From positions 420,001-452,000 of the forward strand of contig NC_007969.1 of the NCBI RefSeq assembly GCF_000013905.1: DNA of 32,000 bases, given 5' to 3'. Origin of the DNA: Psychrobacter cryohalolentis K5 (GTDB lineage Bacteria > Pseudomonadota > Gammaproteobacteria > Pseudomonadales > Moraxellaceae). Of this stretch, positions 11,425 through 22,104 are shown piece after piece (position 1 is the stretch's first letter; every line of letters begins with the position of its first letter). Below the pieces are notes generated by a model. The model was not told where the DNA came from. It searched no databases and worked only from the letters and a program-made list of their open reading frames with translations. The position numbers and the translations under genes were made by a program.

Positions 11425-11955
11425 CTACTCCGCCATCTCACCATGCGCCTTCACTTCACCTTTCTTACCATCTGGCTGTATCACGATAGGTAATACCAAC
11501 CCTTTAGCAAATTCCCCAACCAACACATAATCATAGCTGCTGGCAGCGATATCAGGCGTGGTATGGATGATTAGCTTCATTTCTTTATCATCGGTCAATT
11601 CATGTGAGACATAGCTTTCACTCAGCTGATCCAAGGCTTTCGATAGCGCCTCGTTACTTGCCATACTTACGGTCAGATTATGCTGAGCCGTAGCATTATC
11701 GACTTTGAAATACTCTGCATAATCGCGGACATTTTGGCTATCGAGCGCAAACGGATATTGATAATTAGCGAGATCGGCTGGCTTTTCGCCGCTATCCATA
11801 ACTGACCAATCTATCGTATTTGCTACCGCTGAGCCCGTTGTCGATACTGATGTATCCATTTTTTTAGCCGTAGTATCCGTACTATTATCGCAGCCTGACA
11901 GCGCCCACATACTGGCAGTCGTAATGATGAGCATGGTTATAAGACGCTTTGGCAT
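11425..11955 (-). CDS. Hypothetical lipoprotein
   Basis: The signal peptide with lipobox is MPKRLITMLIITTASMWALSG|C. I prefer the start at ATG 11955, which has the RBS AGAGGA 7 nt upstream, over the track start at 11982. I recognised no domain. Confidence 0.7.
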   Translation of the reverse strand: MPKRLITMLIITTASMWALSGCDNSTDTTAKKMDTSVSTTGSAVANTIDWSVMDSGEKPADLANYQYPFALDSQNVRDYAEYFKVDNATAQHNLTVSMASNEALSKALDQLSESYVSHELTDDKEMKLIIHTTPDIAASSYDYVLVGEFAKGLVLPIVIQPDGKKGEVKAHGEMAE

Positions 11956-12133
11956 CGAGGTATCCTCTTTATGATAAGTCATGAGATGTTTTGATAGAGG
12001 CGCTATTTTGACAGCTTTCTGTGTGCTTCTCTAGCGAAATGCAAAAAAGGATGCTTTTCACTCTAGCAATTTCTTATTCTAGTAAGTCAGATAAGAAGAC
12101 GAGTTTTCTATAAACCGTTTAACAGAGCAGCCA

Positions 12134-12163
12134 TAAAAAAACAGCCATCTTTCGATGACTGTT
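12134..12163 (-). terminator. Rho-independent terminator for the 12229-12639 lipoprotein gene
   Basis: A hairpin pairs 12141-12149 with 12154-12162 (one mismatch) around the tetraloop at 12150-12153. On the minus strand it is followed by a 7-T run, the complement of 12135-12141. Confidence 0.7.
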
Positions 12164-12228
12164 TGTGCTAATACTCAGTTTAATAATGATACATTTATGA
12201 TTATAAATGAATGATTAAACCGAAATAA

Positions 12229-12639
12229 CTATCTACCTACTTGGCAGTTTACTTGGTATTCTTTACCATTTGCCCATTTCATAGCGAAGATACCTTTGTC
12301 GTCTTTCATGTGCCATGCATAGACCACTTCTGGGTTTGACTCATTCACATAGCTTGCTGTATCGCCTTGAACAGCGCCATTCAAGATAATTGGCTGGTTT
12401 GCCCAGTTTACTTTAGGCAAAGTGGCGTTTAGCATTACTTGCTTCTTATTGATTGACTGCTTTGCCAAGATTTTGCTGCCATCAGTACAGGTATAAGGTG
12501 CTGGTGCCATACGGTCATAAGCGGCGTCAGTGACGCTTTCTGAAGCAGGTGTATTTGGCGTAGTAGGAGCAGTAGTCGCACAAGCGCTTAATAGGGCAAG
12601 TGCAGGTAGAGCAGTAGCAAGTTTGGTTAGGGTATTCAT
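12229..12639 (-). CDS. Small lipoprotein, possibly MliC-like (lysozyme-inhibitor fold)
   Basis: The signal peptide with lipobox is MNTLTKLATALPALALLSA|C. The start at ATG 12639 has the RBS GGAGA upstream. The mature part has a YxC...C cysteine pair (YTCTDG...QVNCQ) and a Y-x-W-x-K-x-D stretch (YAWHMKDDKG) reminiscent of MliC. The canonical SxSGxxY loop is not clearly present. Confidence 0.65.
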   Translation of the reverse strand: MNTLTKLATALPALALLSACATTAPTTPNTPASESVTDAAYDRMAPAPYTCTDGSKILAKQSINKKQVMLNATLPKVNWANQPIILNGAVQGDTASYVNESNPEVVYAWHMKDDKGIFAMKWANGKEYQVNCQVGR

Positions 12640-12865
12640 GGCATTCTCCAAAAGTACAAAAGTCATCGTGTATTTGTTATTAACTATGCGTTAAGCATAT
12701 AGCGCATATAGTATCCAAAACTCACTTTATAGAATGTTAGAAATTGTTTGTTACGTGTTCACTTGGTTACTTAAACACTGATTACTGTAACGATTGATTT
12801 AAGGATGCTTAATGAATTTCTGATTTGCTTACTTTCAGCAAGCAGCATAATCAATTTCAAGATCA

Positions 12866-12905
12866 AATAAAAAAGCGCCTATCAACGTGTGGCTGATAGG
12901 CGCTT
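12866..12905 (-). terminator. Rho-independent terminator after ygiQ
   Basis: A perfect 12-bp stem pairs 12873-12884 with 12894-12905 across a 9-nt loop. On the minus strand a T-rich run follows, the complement of 12865-12874. Confidence 0.8.
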
Positions 12906-12973
12906 ATCTAATTAGGTATTAGCCAATAGATATTATTGATCCACTGTATGACAGCAGATTAATAATGATTTGA

Positions 12974-15412
12974 TTACTTGGTTTTACGTGGTGGTAGACC
13001 GGTATGCTGAGTTTGGAAGTTGCCTTTACTCACTGGCTTTTTGCCGCCAGTATTTTTGCCCGCAGCACCTTTATTTGACCAGCTGTCAGCTGTTTTATTG
13101 CTACGTTTCACCGAGTCATTACCCAGACGGCTGTTTTTCTTACGCGCTGATTGATAGCTGTCTTGCGCCGCATCACGACCTTCTAAGCTGGCATTAAATG
13201 GCGGGATTAAGCAGCCGCGATTTTTACCAATCAAATCACCGCGCCCCATATCTTGCAGGGCTTTACGCAGCATTACCCAGTTTTTTGGATCATGATAGCG
13301 TAAGAAAGCTTTGTGCAATTTGCGCTGCTTACCTGATTTGACGATATCCATATCACCTTCGTCACGGCTGATTTTATGCAGTGGGTCTTTATGCGTGTGA
13401 TACATGGTGGTCGCGGTCGCCATTGGGCTTGGGTAAAACGCTTGTACTTGGTCAGCGCGGTAGCCATTGCCTTTTAGCCATAGCGCAAGATTCATCATAT
13501 CTTCATCTTTGGTACCCGGATGGGCGGCGATAAAGTAAGGAATCAAATACTGCTCTTTGCCCGCTTCTTGGCTGTATTGCTCAAACATGGCTTTAAATTT
13601 GTCATAATTACCCATGCCCGGTTTCATCATTTTCGACAAAACGTTTTCTTCTGAATGCTCAGGGGCGATCTTGAGATAACCACCGACATGATGGCTGACC
13701 AATTCTTTGACATATTCAGGATCTTTAATCGCCAAATCATAACGTAGACCAGAGGCAATAAGGATTTTTTTCACGCCTTTAATATCGCGAGCTTTACGAT
13801 ACAACTGTGTCAAATTGCTGTGATCGGTAATCAGATTTTCACAAATATCAGGATAAACGCAAGACGGTTTACGGCAATTTTTCTCAATAGTTTCATCTTT
13901 ACAGTTTAGACGATACATATTGGCAGTTGGACCACCAAGATCAGAGATAACGCCGGTAAAGTTCGGCGCAGTATCACGAATGGCTTCGACTTCACGTAGG
14001 ATAGATTCTTCTGAGCGATTTTGGATAATGCGTCCTTCGTGCTCGGTGATAGAGCAAAAAGTACAACCGCCAAAACAGCCACGCATAATGTTGACCGAAA
14101 ACTTAATCATGTCATAAGCAGGGATACGCGCATCGCCATAACTTGGATGCGGCAGGCGAGCGTAGGGCAAGTCAAACACGTAATCCATCTCTTCCGTCGA
14201 TAAAGGAATCGGTGGCGGATTGAGCCACACATCGATAGAGGTATGTGAGTTACCGGCGCCACTGCTATGACGCTGTACCAACGCGCGTGCATTACCCGGA
14301 TTGGTCTCAAGATGCAAGATACGGCTAGCATGAGCATAAAGCACAGGGTCAGATTTGACATGCTCATAATCAGGCAGACGAATGACGGTTTTCTCACGCG
14401 GCGGCATTTTAATTTTATGCTTACGTGCTGTCATCGGTTTAGTAAAGCCACGCATTTGTACGACTTGTGTCTCTTCATCGACTTGGTCAGTATTCAAGAT
14501 TTTATTGGTCACTGGTTCAGACACAAATCCTGGATATTGCCCTGACATTGATTGTCCAACAGGAGAGGCGCTAGGCTTATCTTGTTCGATTGAGCATTGG
14601 TCAAGATCTTCGGTCATCACATATGGGTTGATAATCGGATCAACACGACCAACGGTATCGACATCATTACTGGCAACTTCGGTCATGCCTGCTTGCCAAT
14701 GACGGCGCGTCGGCGTGAGCAAGTACGCTGTACCGCGCAAATTGCTCATTTGCTCAAAGCTATAGCCTTTTGATAGACCATGTACCACATCGACGATGGC
14801 GCGCTCAGCATTACCATATAATAAGACATCAGCACGGGCATCAAGCAAAATACTACGGCGTACTTTATCTGACCAATAATCATAATGCGCGATACGGCGT
14901 AGACTGCCTTCGATACCGCCTAAAATAATCGGCACATCAGGATAGGCTTCACGGCAACGCTGACTATAGACGATAGCCGCGCGGTCAGGACGTTTGTCCG
15001 CGACGTTGCCAGGAGAGTAGGCGTCATCACTACGGATCTTACGATCAGCCGTATAACGGTTAATCATGCTGTCCATGTTGCCCGCCGTCACGCCATAAGC
15101 GTAGACAGGTTTGCCAAGTTCCATAAAGGCATCTTTACTCTTCCAATCTGGCTGAGCAATGATACCGACACGGAAACCTTGTGATTCTAGCAAGCGCCCG
15201 ATAATCGCCATACCAAAGCTTGGGTGATCGACATAAGCATCGCCCGAGATAATGATGACGTCACAGGCATCCCAGCCAAGCTCATCCATCTCTTTGCGGC
15301 TCATTGGCAAATAAGGCGCAGGCTCGTAGCAGCTTGCCCAATGTTTGTCGTAGTCGTAAAGGGGTTTGGTGCCTTGTTTAAAGGCGGTGCGGGCGATGGT
15401 ATCGGCAGACAT
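12974..15412 (-). CDS. ygiQ: YgiQ-family (UPF0313) radical SAM protein
   Basis: The ORF is 812 aa. It has the radical SAM cluster motif in [19 protein letters not shown] (CxxxCxxC). Its N-terminal region ([24 protein letters not shown]) is typical of the YgiQ family. It ends in a lysine/arginine-rich tail. Confidence 0.85.
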   Translation of the reverse strand: MSADTIARTAFKQGTKPLYDYDKHWASCYEPAPYLPMSRKEMDELGWDACDVIIISGDAYVDHPSFGMAIIGRLLESQGFRVGIIAQPDWKSKDAFMELGKPVYAYGVTAGNMDSMINRYTADRKIRSDDAYSPGNVADKRPDRAAIVYSQRCREAYPDVPIILGGIEGSLRRIAHYDYWSDKVRRSILLDARADVLLYGNAERAIVDVVHGLSKGYSFEQMSNLRGTAYLLTPTRRHWQAGMTEVASNDVDTVGRVDPIINPYVMTEDLDQCSIEQDKPSASPVGQSMSGQYPGFVSEPVTNKILNTDQVDEETQVVQMRGFTKPMTARKHKIKMPPREKTVIRLPDYEHVKSDPVLYAHASRILHLETNPGNARALVQRHSSGAGNSHTSIDVWLNPPPIPLSTEEMDYVFDLPYARLPHPSYGDARIPAYDMIKFSVNIMRGCFGGCTFCSITEHEGRIIQNRSEESILREVEAIRDTAPNFTGVISDLGGPTANMYRLNCKDETIEKNCRKPSCVYPDICENLITDHSNLTQLYRKARDIKGVKKILIASGLRYDLAIKDPEYVKELVSHHVGGYLKIAPEHSEENVLSKMMKPGMGNYDKFKAMFEQYSQEAGKEQYLIPYFIAAHPGTKDEDMMNLALWLKGNGYRADQVQAFYPSPMATATTMYHTHKDPLHKISRDEGDMDIVKSGKQRKLHKAFLRYHDPKNWVMLRKALQDMGRGDLIGKNRGCLIPPFNASLEGRDAAQDSYQSARKKNSRLGNDSVKRSNKTADSWSNKGAAGKNTGGKKPVSKGNFQTQHTGLPPRKTK

Positions 15413-15595
15413 GGGATAACCTTAATCAGAAAAAATGCATATATATAATAGCCATTATAGATAACGGTAGTTGATGGCTAATTTAAAGGCGCTCATTTTA
15501 ACATGAATAACGTTCATGATGTAATAAACGTATTAGCGATAAGTTATTGATAGCGCAGAGTAATCTATGGATAGCTATTAGGCAAAAAGCAGCTA

Positions 15596-16063
15596 TCAAT
15601 CTAAATAAATCTTCGTACCACTCTTGGTAAAGTTCATCACAAATTGACTCTTAAAATTACGTACATTATTTTCGTAAGTGAGCAAATTGCGAGTGAACTG
15701 ATGATAATCCTTCATATTTTTAGCACTCACCATGAGCATAAAGTCAGCATCGCCAGATACTTCATAGCAGCTCATCACTTGCGACTGGGCATTCATCAAA
15801 CGCTCAAATCGATGCTGCATAGAGTTATTGGAGCGCTCCATCTCTACCATCACCACCGCCGTCAAGCTATAACCAACCTTGTGAGGGTCTACTATAGCCA
15901 CTTGCTTAGTAATCACCCCATTGTCTATCAGCGCTTGCACACGCCGTTGAGCCGTAGCGATAGACACGTTGACGTGTTCTGCAAGGGTTTTTAAAGGCAA
16001 TGTCGCATCATCTTGCATCAAATTCAAAATGGACTTGTCGGTCTTATCTAGTGGTTGATTCAT
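15596..16063 (-). CDS. Lrp/AsnC family transcriptional regulator
   Basis: The ORF is 155 aa. It has an N-terminal HTH (DKSILNLMQDDATLPLKTLAEHVNVSIATAQRRVQAL) and a C-terminal RAM/AsnC-type ligand-binding domain. It is divergent from a transporter gene, which is a typical arrangement. Confidence 0.88.
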   Translation of the reverse strand: MNQPLDKTDKSILNLMQDDATLPLKTLAEHVNVSIATAQRRVQALIDNGVITKQVAIVDPHKVGYSLTAVVMVEMERSNNSMQHRFERLMNAQSQVMSCYEVSGDADFMLMVSAKNMKDYHQFTRNLLTYENNVRNFKSQFVMNFTKSGTKIYLD

Positions 16064-16314
16064 AGGGTTTCGCTTTAAGGTGAAGACATTAACAGAGGAT
16101 GATTACAACTCACTTATTATAGAAGTACTGTCACTATAAATCATAAAGTAATAAATTATTAATAATTTAGGTAACTATAAGATAAATATATTCATATTAA
16201 GATGAATATAGAGATTTTTTCACAACCACTGGCTATAAACTAAGCTTTATATATTAGAAAATAATAATCTCTATCAAATAGTGTTCTCACTGCTCATGCA
16301 AATAAAGGTGCTTT

Positions 16315-17325
16315 ATGTCTACTTCAATCCTAACCAATACTGTAGCATCGACTTTGTCGCGTTTCCCGATGCCAGCAATGTGGACCAAAGGCAGCGTGCA
16401 GCAGCGCACTTTAATGATGGGTGTAGCACTAGCAGTCCTATCCAACGTATTGTTTGGCGTGCTATATGCTTATAGCAGTTTTTTAGCACCGTTATCAGGG
16501 ACACAAGTATTTATCTGGCGGATGCTGGCAATGTGGGCGGCATTGGTGGGATATTTGCTGATCAGTGGGCGCTTAGGTTTTCACATCGATAAACTCAAAG
16601 CATTAGGCTCTGTTAAACAATGGGCATGGTTGCTATTGCCCACACCAATATTCTTAAGCCAGTTTTGGTTATTTATGTGGGCGCCAGTCAATGGGCAGGG
16701 CGTACAGACCGCGATGGGTTATTTTTTATTTCCGCTCATGATGGTGGTGTTTGGATGCGTATTGTTCGGTGAAAAGTTAAGCCGTTTGCAATGGTTGGCG
16801 GTTGCTTTTGCCGCAGTTGGAGTCGGCAGTGAGATTGTACGTACGCAAAGCGTCTCGTGGGCAACACTATGGGTCTGCGGTACTTATCCTGTTTATTATA
16901 TTTTGCGCCGTTTGCAAGGTATTGGCGCAGTTACTGGGTTATTGATTGATTTAACCATATTCGCACCATTTGCTTTGGCGTACTTATTTTTTATTGCCCC
17001 AAGTAGTTTAAGCTTAGTCAGCGGCTCTGGGTTCTTTATTGCGATGCTGGTAGGACTCGGCGTTATGAGCGTGCTGGCCATGAAAACCAACGTCGATGCT
17101 AGTCAAATGCTGCCAATGAACGTTTATGGTATGATGAGTTATTTGGAGCCCGCATTACTATTTATCTTAGCAATAACCGTTTTGGGCAATCCTTTTGAAT
17201 CGGCGATGATTTATAGCTATGGTCTTATTTGGGTCGGGATAGCTTGTCTGATTGTGCATGGTGTACGTCAATTACGCCGCGCCCATCAACAATCGCAAAC
17301 GACAGAAATTGCACCAGTTATTTGA
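16315..17325 (+). CDS. rarD: EamA/RarD family (drug/metabolite transporter) permease
   Basis: The 336-aa ORF has about 10 hydrophobic segments. RarD-type motifs include YPVYYILRRLQG (compare the RarD consensus PhYY.LR). The start may lie at a later Met, because the first ~30 aa are not hydrophobic. Confidence 0.7.
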   Translation: MSTSILTNTVASTLSRFPMPAMWTKGSVQQRTLMMGVALAVLSNVLFGVLYAYSSFLAPLSGTQVFIWRMLAMWAALVGYLLISGRLGFHIDKLKALGSVKQWAWLLLPTPIFLSQFWLFMWAPVNGQGVQTAMGYFLFPLMMVVFGCVLFGEKLSRLQWLAVAFAAVGVGSEIVRTQSVSWATLWVCGTYPVYYILRRLQGIGAVTGLLIDLTIFAPFALAYLFFIAPSSLSLVSGSGFFIAMLVGLGVMSVLAMKTNVDASQMLPMNVYGMMSYLEPALLFILAITVLGNPFESAMIYSYGLIWVGIACLIVHGVRQLRRAHQQSQTTEIAPVI

Positions 17326-17355
17326 AAATTAATCAATAAGAGTAATCGAATAAAT

Positions 17356-17395
17356 AAAAACGGACGATTCAACATTATGCTGAATCGTCCGTTTT
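17356..17395. terminator. Bidirectional Rho-independent terminator between rarD (+) and smpB (-)
   Basis: A perfect 12-bp stem pairs 17360-17371 with 17381-17392 across a 9-nt loop. It is flanked by AAAAA (17356-17360) and TTTT (17392-17395). Confidence 0.85.
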
Positions 17396-17429
17396 CAAAA
17401 GATTAACCCCAATCTTTTGAAAGAGGGCT

Positions 17430-17906
17430 TTAATCTAAATCCTTCTTAAAACCACGCTGCTTATCACGTTCCCAATCACGGTCTTTAAGCGTTTTACGTT
17501 TGTCATGCTGTTTTTTACCCAGTGCCAAGCCAATTTGACATTTTACCAGCGAGTTTTTCCAATAGCAGGATAATGGCACGCAGGCATAGCCTTTTTGGTT
17601 GACTGCACCCATTAGCTTTTCAATTTCGCGGCGATTAAGCAGCAGCTTACGGGTACGGATACTGTCAGGGCTGACATGCGTCGAGCTGGATAGCAGCGGC
17701 TGAATATGCGCGCCAAATAGGAATGCCTCATTATTACGAAAAATAATATAAGCTTCCGTAATGGTCATTTTGCCCGCGCGAATGGCTTTAACTTCCCAAC
17801 CTTGTAACGACAGACCTGCCTCAAATGTCTCTTCAATAAAGTACTCATGACGAGCCTTTTTATTGGCACAAATTTGATTTTCCGGTTTTTTTGATTTTTT
17901 TGACAT
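17430..17906 (-). CDS. smpB: SsrA-binding protein SmpB
   Basis: The 158-aa ORF contains [29 protein letters not shown] and a basic C-terminal tail ([22 protein letters not shown]), both characteristic of SmpB. Confidence 0.93.
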   Translation of the reverse strand: MSKKSKKPENQICANKKARHEYFIEETFEAGLSLQGWEVKAIRAGKMTITEAYIIFRNNEAFLFGAHIQPLLSSSTHVSPDSIRTRKLLLNRREIEKLMGAVNQKGYACVPLSCYWKNSLVKCQIGLALGKKQHDKRKTLKDRDWERDKQRGFKKDLD

Positions 17907-18118
17907 AATGTCTCCATAAGGACTGCTTAAATATATCTTGTCCCTATATTTCTAGTCTTACTAATTCCTCATCCTAACCCTTAAATGCGGGTTATTTTTT
18001 ATAAATGCTAAACAGATGAGTCGAACTGGCTATTGTAACAAAGCTTCCGCTGCAAATGTAGCCGCGCTGTTAGGACAAATGTAGCAGATAAGTATTAAGT
18101 TTGGATAAAATTTGCTAG

Positions 18119-18673
<555 letters not shown>

Positions 18674-18714
18674 GTCGCGTATCTGTGTTAGATTGCGTAT
18701 TTCTTAATAAATAG

Positions 18715-18993
<279 letters not shown>

Positions 18994-18996
18994 AAT

Positions 18997-20292
18997 ATGA
19001 CAACTGTATCAACCAACGATTTTGACCAGCAGCACCTTTGGCACCCGTATGCCAGCCTACCACCGACTTATCCCAATATCGTGATTGACCGTGCCGAAGG
19101 TATTTATATCGTTACTGAAGATGGTACGCGCCTGATTGATGGTATGTCGTCATGGTGGGCAAGCGTGCACGGTTATAATCATCCTAAGTTAAATGCGGCG
19201 ATGATTGAACAATTGGGCAAAATGGCGCACGTCATGTTTGGTGGTTTAACCCATCAGCCAGCGATAGACTTGGGCAAAAAACTACTCTCAATCGTGCCCG
19301 CTGGACTAGACGCAATATTTTATGCTGATAGTGGCAGCATTGCCGTAGAAGTCGCATTAAAAATGGCGCTGCAATATCAGATTGCCGCCAAGCGTCCTAG
19401 TAAATGTCAATTTGCCTCGACTCATTCTGGCTATTATGGCGATACGTGGCATGCGATGAGTGTCTGCGATCCTATTAACGGCATGCATAGCCTTTATGGC
19501 AAGCAGTTGCCGATGCAGCATTTTGTCGCAGCACCACCAATGGGATTTGAGCGTGATTTAACCCAAAGTGAGCGTGAGGCATTAACTGAGTTTTTTGTCA
19601 AAAATAGCGATAAGCTTGCTGGATTTATCATCGAGCCGATTATTCAAGGCGCAGGCGGCATGCGCTTTTATAGTCCTCAGTATTTGCAACTGTTACGTAA
19701 GCTGTGTGATGAATATGATGTGCTGTTGATTGCCGATGAAATTGCCACCGGTTTTGGGCGTAGTGGCAAGTTATTTGCTTGTGAGCATGCCGCTATTAGC
19801 CCTGATATTATGACAATTGGTAAGGCACTGACTGGCGGTTATATGACTTTTGCCGCGACCCTGTCTACACGAGAAATAGCTGACACCATTAGCCAAAGTG
19901 ATTACCCGGCACTGATGCACGGTCCCACCTTTATGGGTAATCCGCTGGCATGTGCCGTTGCTTGTGCCTCAATTGACTTAATAGTGTCCTATGATATTGA
20001 AGCGCGTACCGAAAATATGCAAGCCATTATGAATGAGCAACTTGCGCCAGCTGTGAGTTTAGAAGGTGTTAAGGAAGTGCGTTGTTTAGGCGCAGTTGCC
20101 GTCATTGAGCTAAATGAAGCGGTTGATATGCCTATCTTTCAAACGTTGCTCATTAATAATGGCATCTGGGTCAGACCCTTTGGGAAATTAGTTTATATTA
20201 TGCCGCCCTATGTGATTACCGATGATGAACTTACCACTCTTTGCCAAGCGTTATTAAAAGTGGTCAGTAGTTATTTAACGCGAAAGGATTAA
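18997..20292 (+). CDS. bioA: Adenosylmethionine-8-amino-7-oxononanoate aminotransferase
   Basis: The 431-aa class-III aminotransferase has SSWWASVHGYNHP, ADEIATGFGRSGKLFACEH and the PLP lysine context TIGKALTGGY. It is followed by bioD with a TAATG stop/start overlap. Confidence 0.92.
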   Translation: MTTVSTNDFDQQHLWHPYASLPPTYPNIVIDRAEGIYIVTEDGTRLIDGMSSWWASVHGYNHPKLNAAMIEQLGKMAHVMFGGLTHQPAIDLGKKLLSIVPAGLDAIFYADSGSIAVEVALKMALQYQIAAKRPSKCQFASTHSGYYGDTWHAMSVCDPINGMHSLYGKQLPMQHFVAAPPMGFERDLTQSEREALTEFFVKNSDKLAGFIIEPIIQGAGGMRFYSPQYLQLLRKLCDEYDVLLIADEIATGFGRSGKLFACEHAAISPDIMTIGKALTGGYMTFAATLSTREIADTISQSDYPALMHGPTFMGNPLACAVACASIDLIVSYDIEARTENMQAIMNEQLAPAVSLEGVKEVRCLGAVAVIELNEAVDMPIFQTLLINNGIWVRPFGKLVYIMPPYVITDDELTTLCQALLKVVSSYLTRKD

Positions 20293-21014
20293 TGATGAGC
20301 GTGCTCTTTATATCTGGTATCGATACCGACATTGGCAAAACTTATGCTACCGGTATGATTGCCAAAGCGCTGATGCAGCACGGTGTTAATGTTATTACTC
20401 AAAAGCTGGTGCAAACGGGCGTCGCAAGAGATTTAATTAGCGGAAAAATAGGAATTGCTGACGATATTATTACCCATCGTCAGCTGATGGGCATTCCGCT
20501 ACAGCCGTGTGATATTGATAATACCACTTGCCCGTATCGTTATGAGAAACCTGCGTCACCGCATTTATCCGCCGCACTTGCTAATGATATTCTTAATACT
20601 GATGTGATTACAAGCGTTACAAAAATTCTGCAAGCGGATTATGAGGTAGTGCTTTTAGAAGGGGCAGGTGGCTTATTAGTGCCCATCACTGAGCAATTAT
20701 TAACCTTAGATTATATTGCTGAGCAAGGTTATCCCCTTATTCTGGTCACATCAGGTCGGCTTGGCAGCATCAACCATACGTTGCTAAGTTTAGAAGCCAT
20801 AAAATCTCGTGGTCTAGACGTTCATAGCGTTATTTATAATCATATTCACGACAATGCTGCTCAGACGGATGAACAGATAGCCGCTAGTACGATAAAATTT
20901 TTGCAAAACTACTTAGCTGAGTATCATCCAACGGCGCATTGGTTAGCCTTACCTGTACAAGAGGATAATGGGTTTAGTCATACAGATTTTATACTCCCTC
21001 AAAACTTTGTATAA
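20292..21014 (+). CDS. bioD: ATP-dependent dethiobiotin synthetase
   Basis: It has the P-loop ISGIDTDIGKTYATG (GTDTxxGKT type), the EGAGGLLVP motif, and the context downstream of bioA. The first ATG overlaps the bioA stop by 1 nt. Confidence 0.88.
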   Translation: MMSVLFISGIDTDIGKTYATGMIAKALMQHGVNVITQKLVQTGVARDLISGKIGIADDIITHRQLMGIPLQPCDIDNTTCPYRYEKPASPHLSAALANDILNTDVITSVTKILQADYEVVLLEGAGGLLVPITEQLLTLDYIAEQGYPLILVTSGRLGSINHTLLSLEAIKSRGLDVHSVIYNHIHDNAAQTDEQIAASTIKFLQNYLAEYHPTAHWLALPVQEDNGFSHTDFILPQNFV

Positions 21015-21065
21015 ATCACCGCTAAAAATAAGCCAAAAAAAATCTCCGAAAGCAATATGAATTTT

Positions 21066-21073
21066 GCTATAAT
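21066..21073 (+). promoter_or_regulatory. Extended -10 promoter element (TGcTATAAT) for rnpB
   Basis: TGCTATAAT ends at 21073, about 7 nt before the inferred 5' end of the RNase P RNA at 21081. The -35 region is weak (TCCGAA at 21045-21050). Confidence 0.5.
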
Positions 21074-21080
21074 AGCGCGC

Positions 21081-21442
<362 letters not shown>

Positions 21443-21576
21443 TTTTTAGCAATGTTTTAAACATGTTTCTTTATTAGCTAATCTTTAAAGAAGCACAGCA
21501 GTACCGGTTTGGTGTTTTAAAATTGCGCTTATTTTGAATTTAAATCAATTTTTTTGCAAAAAGAGCCAATTAGGGG

Positions 21577-21605
21577 TTGACGCAAGTCACTCATATCGGC
21601 ATAAT
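21577..21605 (+). promoter_or_regulatory. Sigma70-type promoter for the tRNA gene
   Basis: The -35 TTGACG (21577-21582) and the -10 CATAAT (21600-21605) are separated by a 17-nt spacer. The mature tRNA 5' end lies 15 nt downstream of the -10. Confidence 0.6.
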
Positions 21606-21619
21606 ACCGAGCCTAAAAT

Positions 21620-21696
21620 GGCGATGTAGCTCAGCTGGTTAGAGCGCATGACTCATAATCGTGAGGTCAAGAGTTCAAGTCTCTTCATCGCCACCA
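21620..21696 (+). tRNA. tRNA with CAT anticodon, elongator tRNA-Met type (lysidine-modified tRNA-Ile2 not excluded)
   Basis: The 77-nt cloverleaf has acceptor stem GGCGATG/CATCGCC, D-arm GTAGCTCAGCTGGTTAGAGC, anticodon stem-loop CATGA-CTCATAA-TCGTG, T-arm AAGAG-TTCAAGT-CTCTT and an encoded CCA. G1-C72 is paired and there is no GGG/CCC anticodon stem, so it is not an initiator. Confidence 0.9.
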
Positions 21697-21726
21697 TTTT
21701 TAGCAAGACCTGTAACATTAAAAATG

Positions 21727-21754
21727 CCAATCATTATTTGATTGGTTTTTTTTT
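21727..21754 (+). terminator. Rho-independent terminator after the tRNA
   Basis: A 7-bp stem CCAATCA/TGATTGG (21727-21733 with 21739-21745) has a 5-nt loop. A run of 9 T follows. Confidence 0.8.
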
Positions 21755-22104
21755 GCCTATTTTATGGCTAAAAATAAATAGCTACTCACAGAATCTATAT
21801 CAGATCTAACGAAGTAAATATTCTTGATTTAAAGCTTGCTTGTTTACCTTCATTTATAAAACCAAGGCTTGCTGACAAAATCCACTTACTTTACAGTGGA
21901 AAACTGCTAGAATAGCCTCACGTGCCTGCGCGTAGTTATAACTAATAATCAGCGCTGTAGGCACTTCACTTGCTACAATACGGTTTGCTTAATGTAGTGA
22001 TATTGGTGTATTGACCAATATCAGCTATGAATAAGTATTCTATTGTTGCCATCTGACAGTATTTATATTCGTTATTCAATCCTCCATTATTTAGTAGGCG
22101 CTTT

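Noticed and set aside
12970-15448. Multiple 60-106 aa ORFs overlapping ygiQ on both strands (for example 12970-13197, 13273-13467, 13920-14117, 14107-14397, 14382-14702, 15224-15448).
   Set aside because: All are nested in the 812-aa radical SAM gene and have no motifs or RBS support. They are typical shadow ORFs.
15644-15994. A 116-aa plus-strand ORF.
   Set aside because: It is antisense to the well-supported Lrp/AsnC regulator gene. Its His/Ile-rich translation has no recognisable family.
18053-18085. Direct repeat CAAATGTAGC at 18053-18062 and 18076-18085, upstream of coaD.
   Set aside because: A single 10-mer repeated within about 30 bp is roughly what chance gives once or so in 32 kb of AT-leaning sequence. 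There is no palindromic structure or third copy. It is too weak to call a regulatory site.
21697-22104. Possible integrated element at the tRNA 3' end, since tRNA genes are common integration sites.
   Set aside because: The roughly 400 bp downstream are non-coding. There is no integrase, no duplicated tRNA 3' segment and no compositional break. The only ORF (21966-22151, minus strand) overlaps the lepA start and looks spurious.
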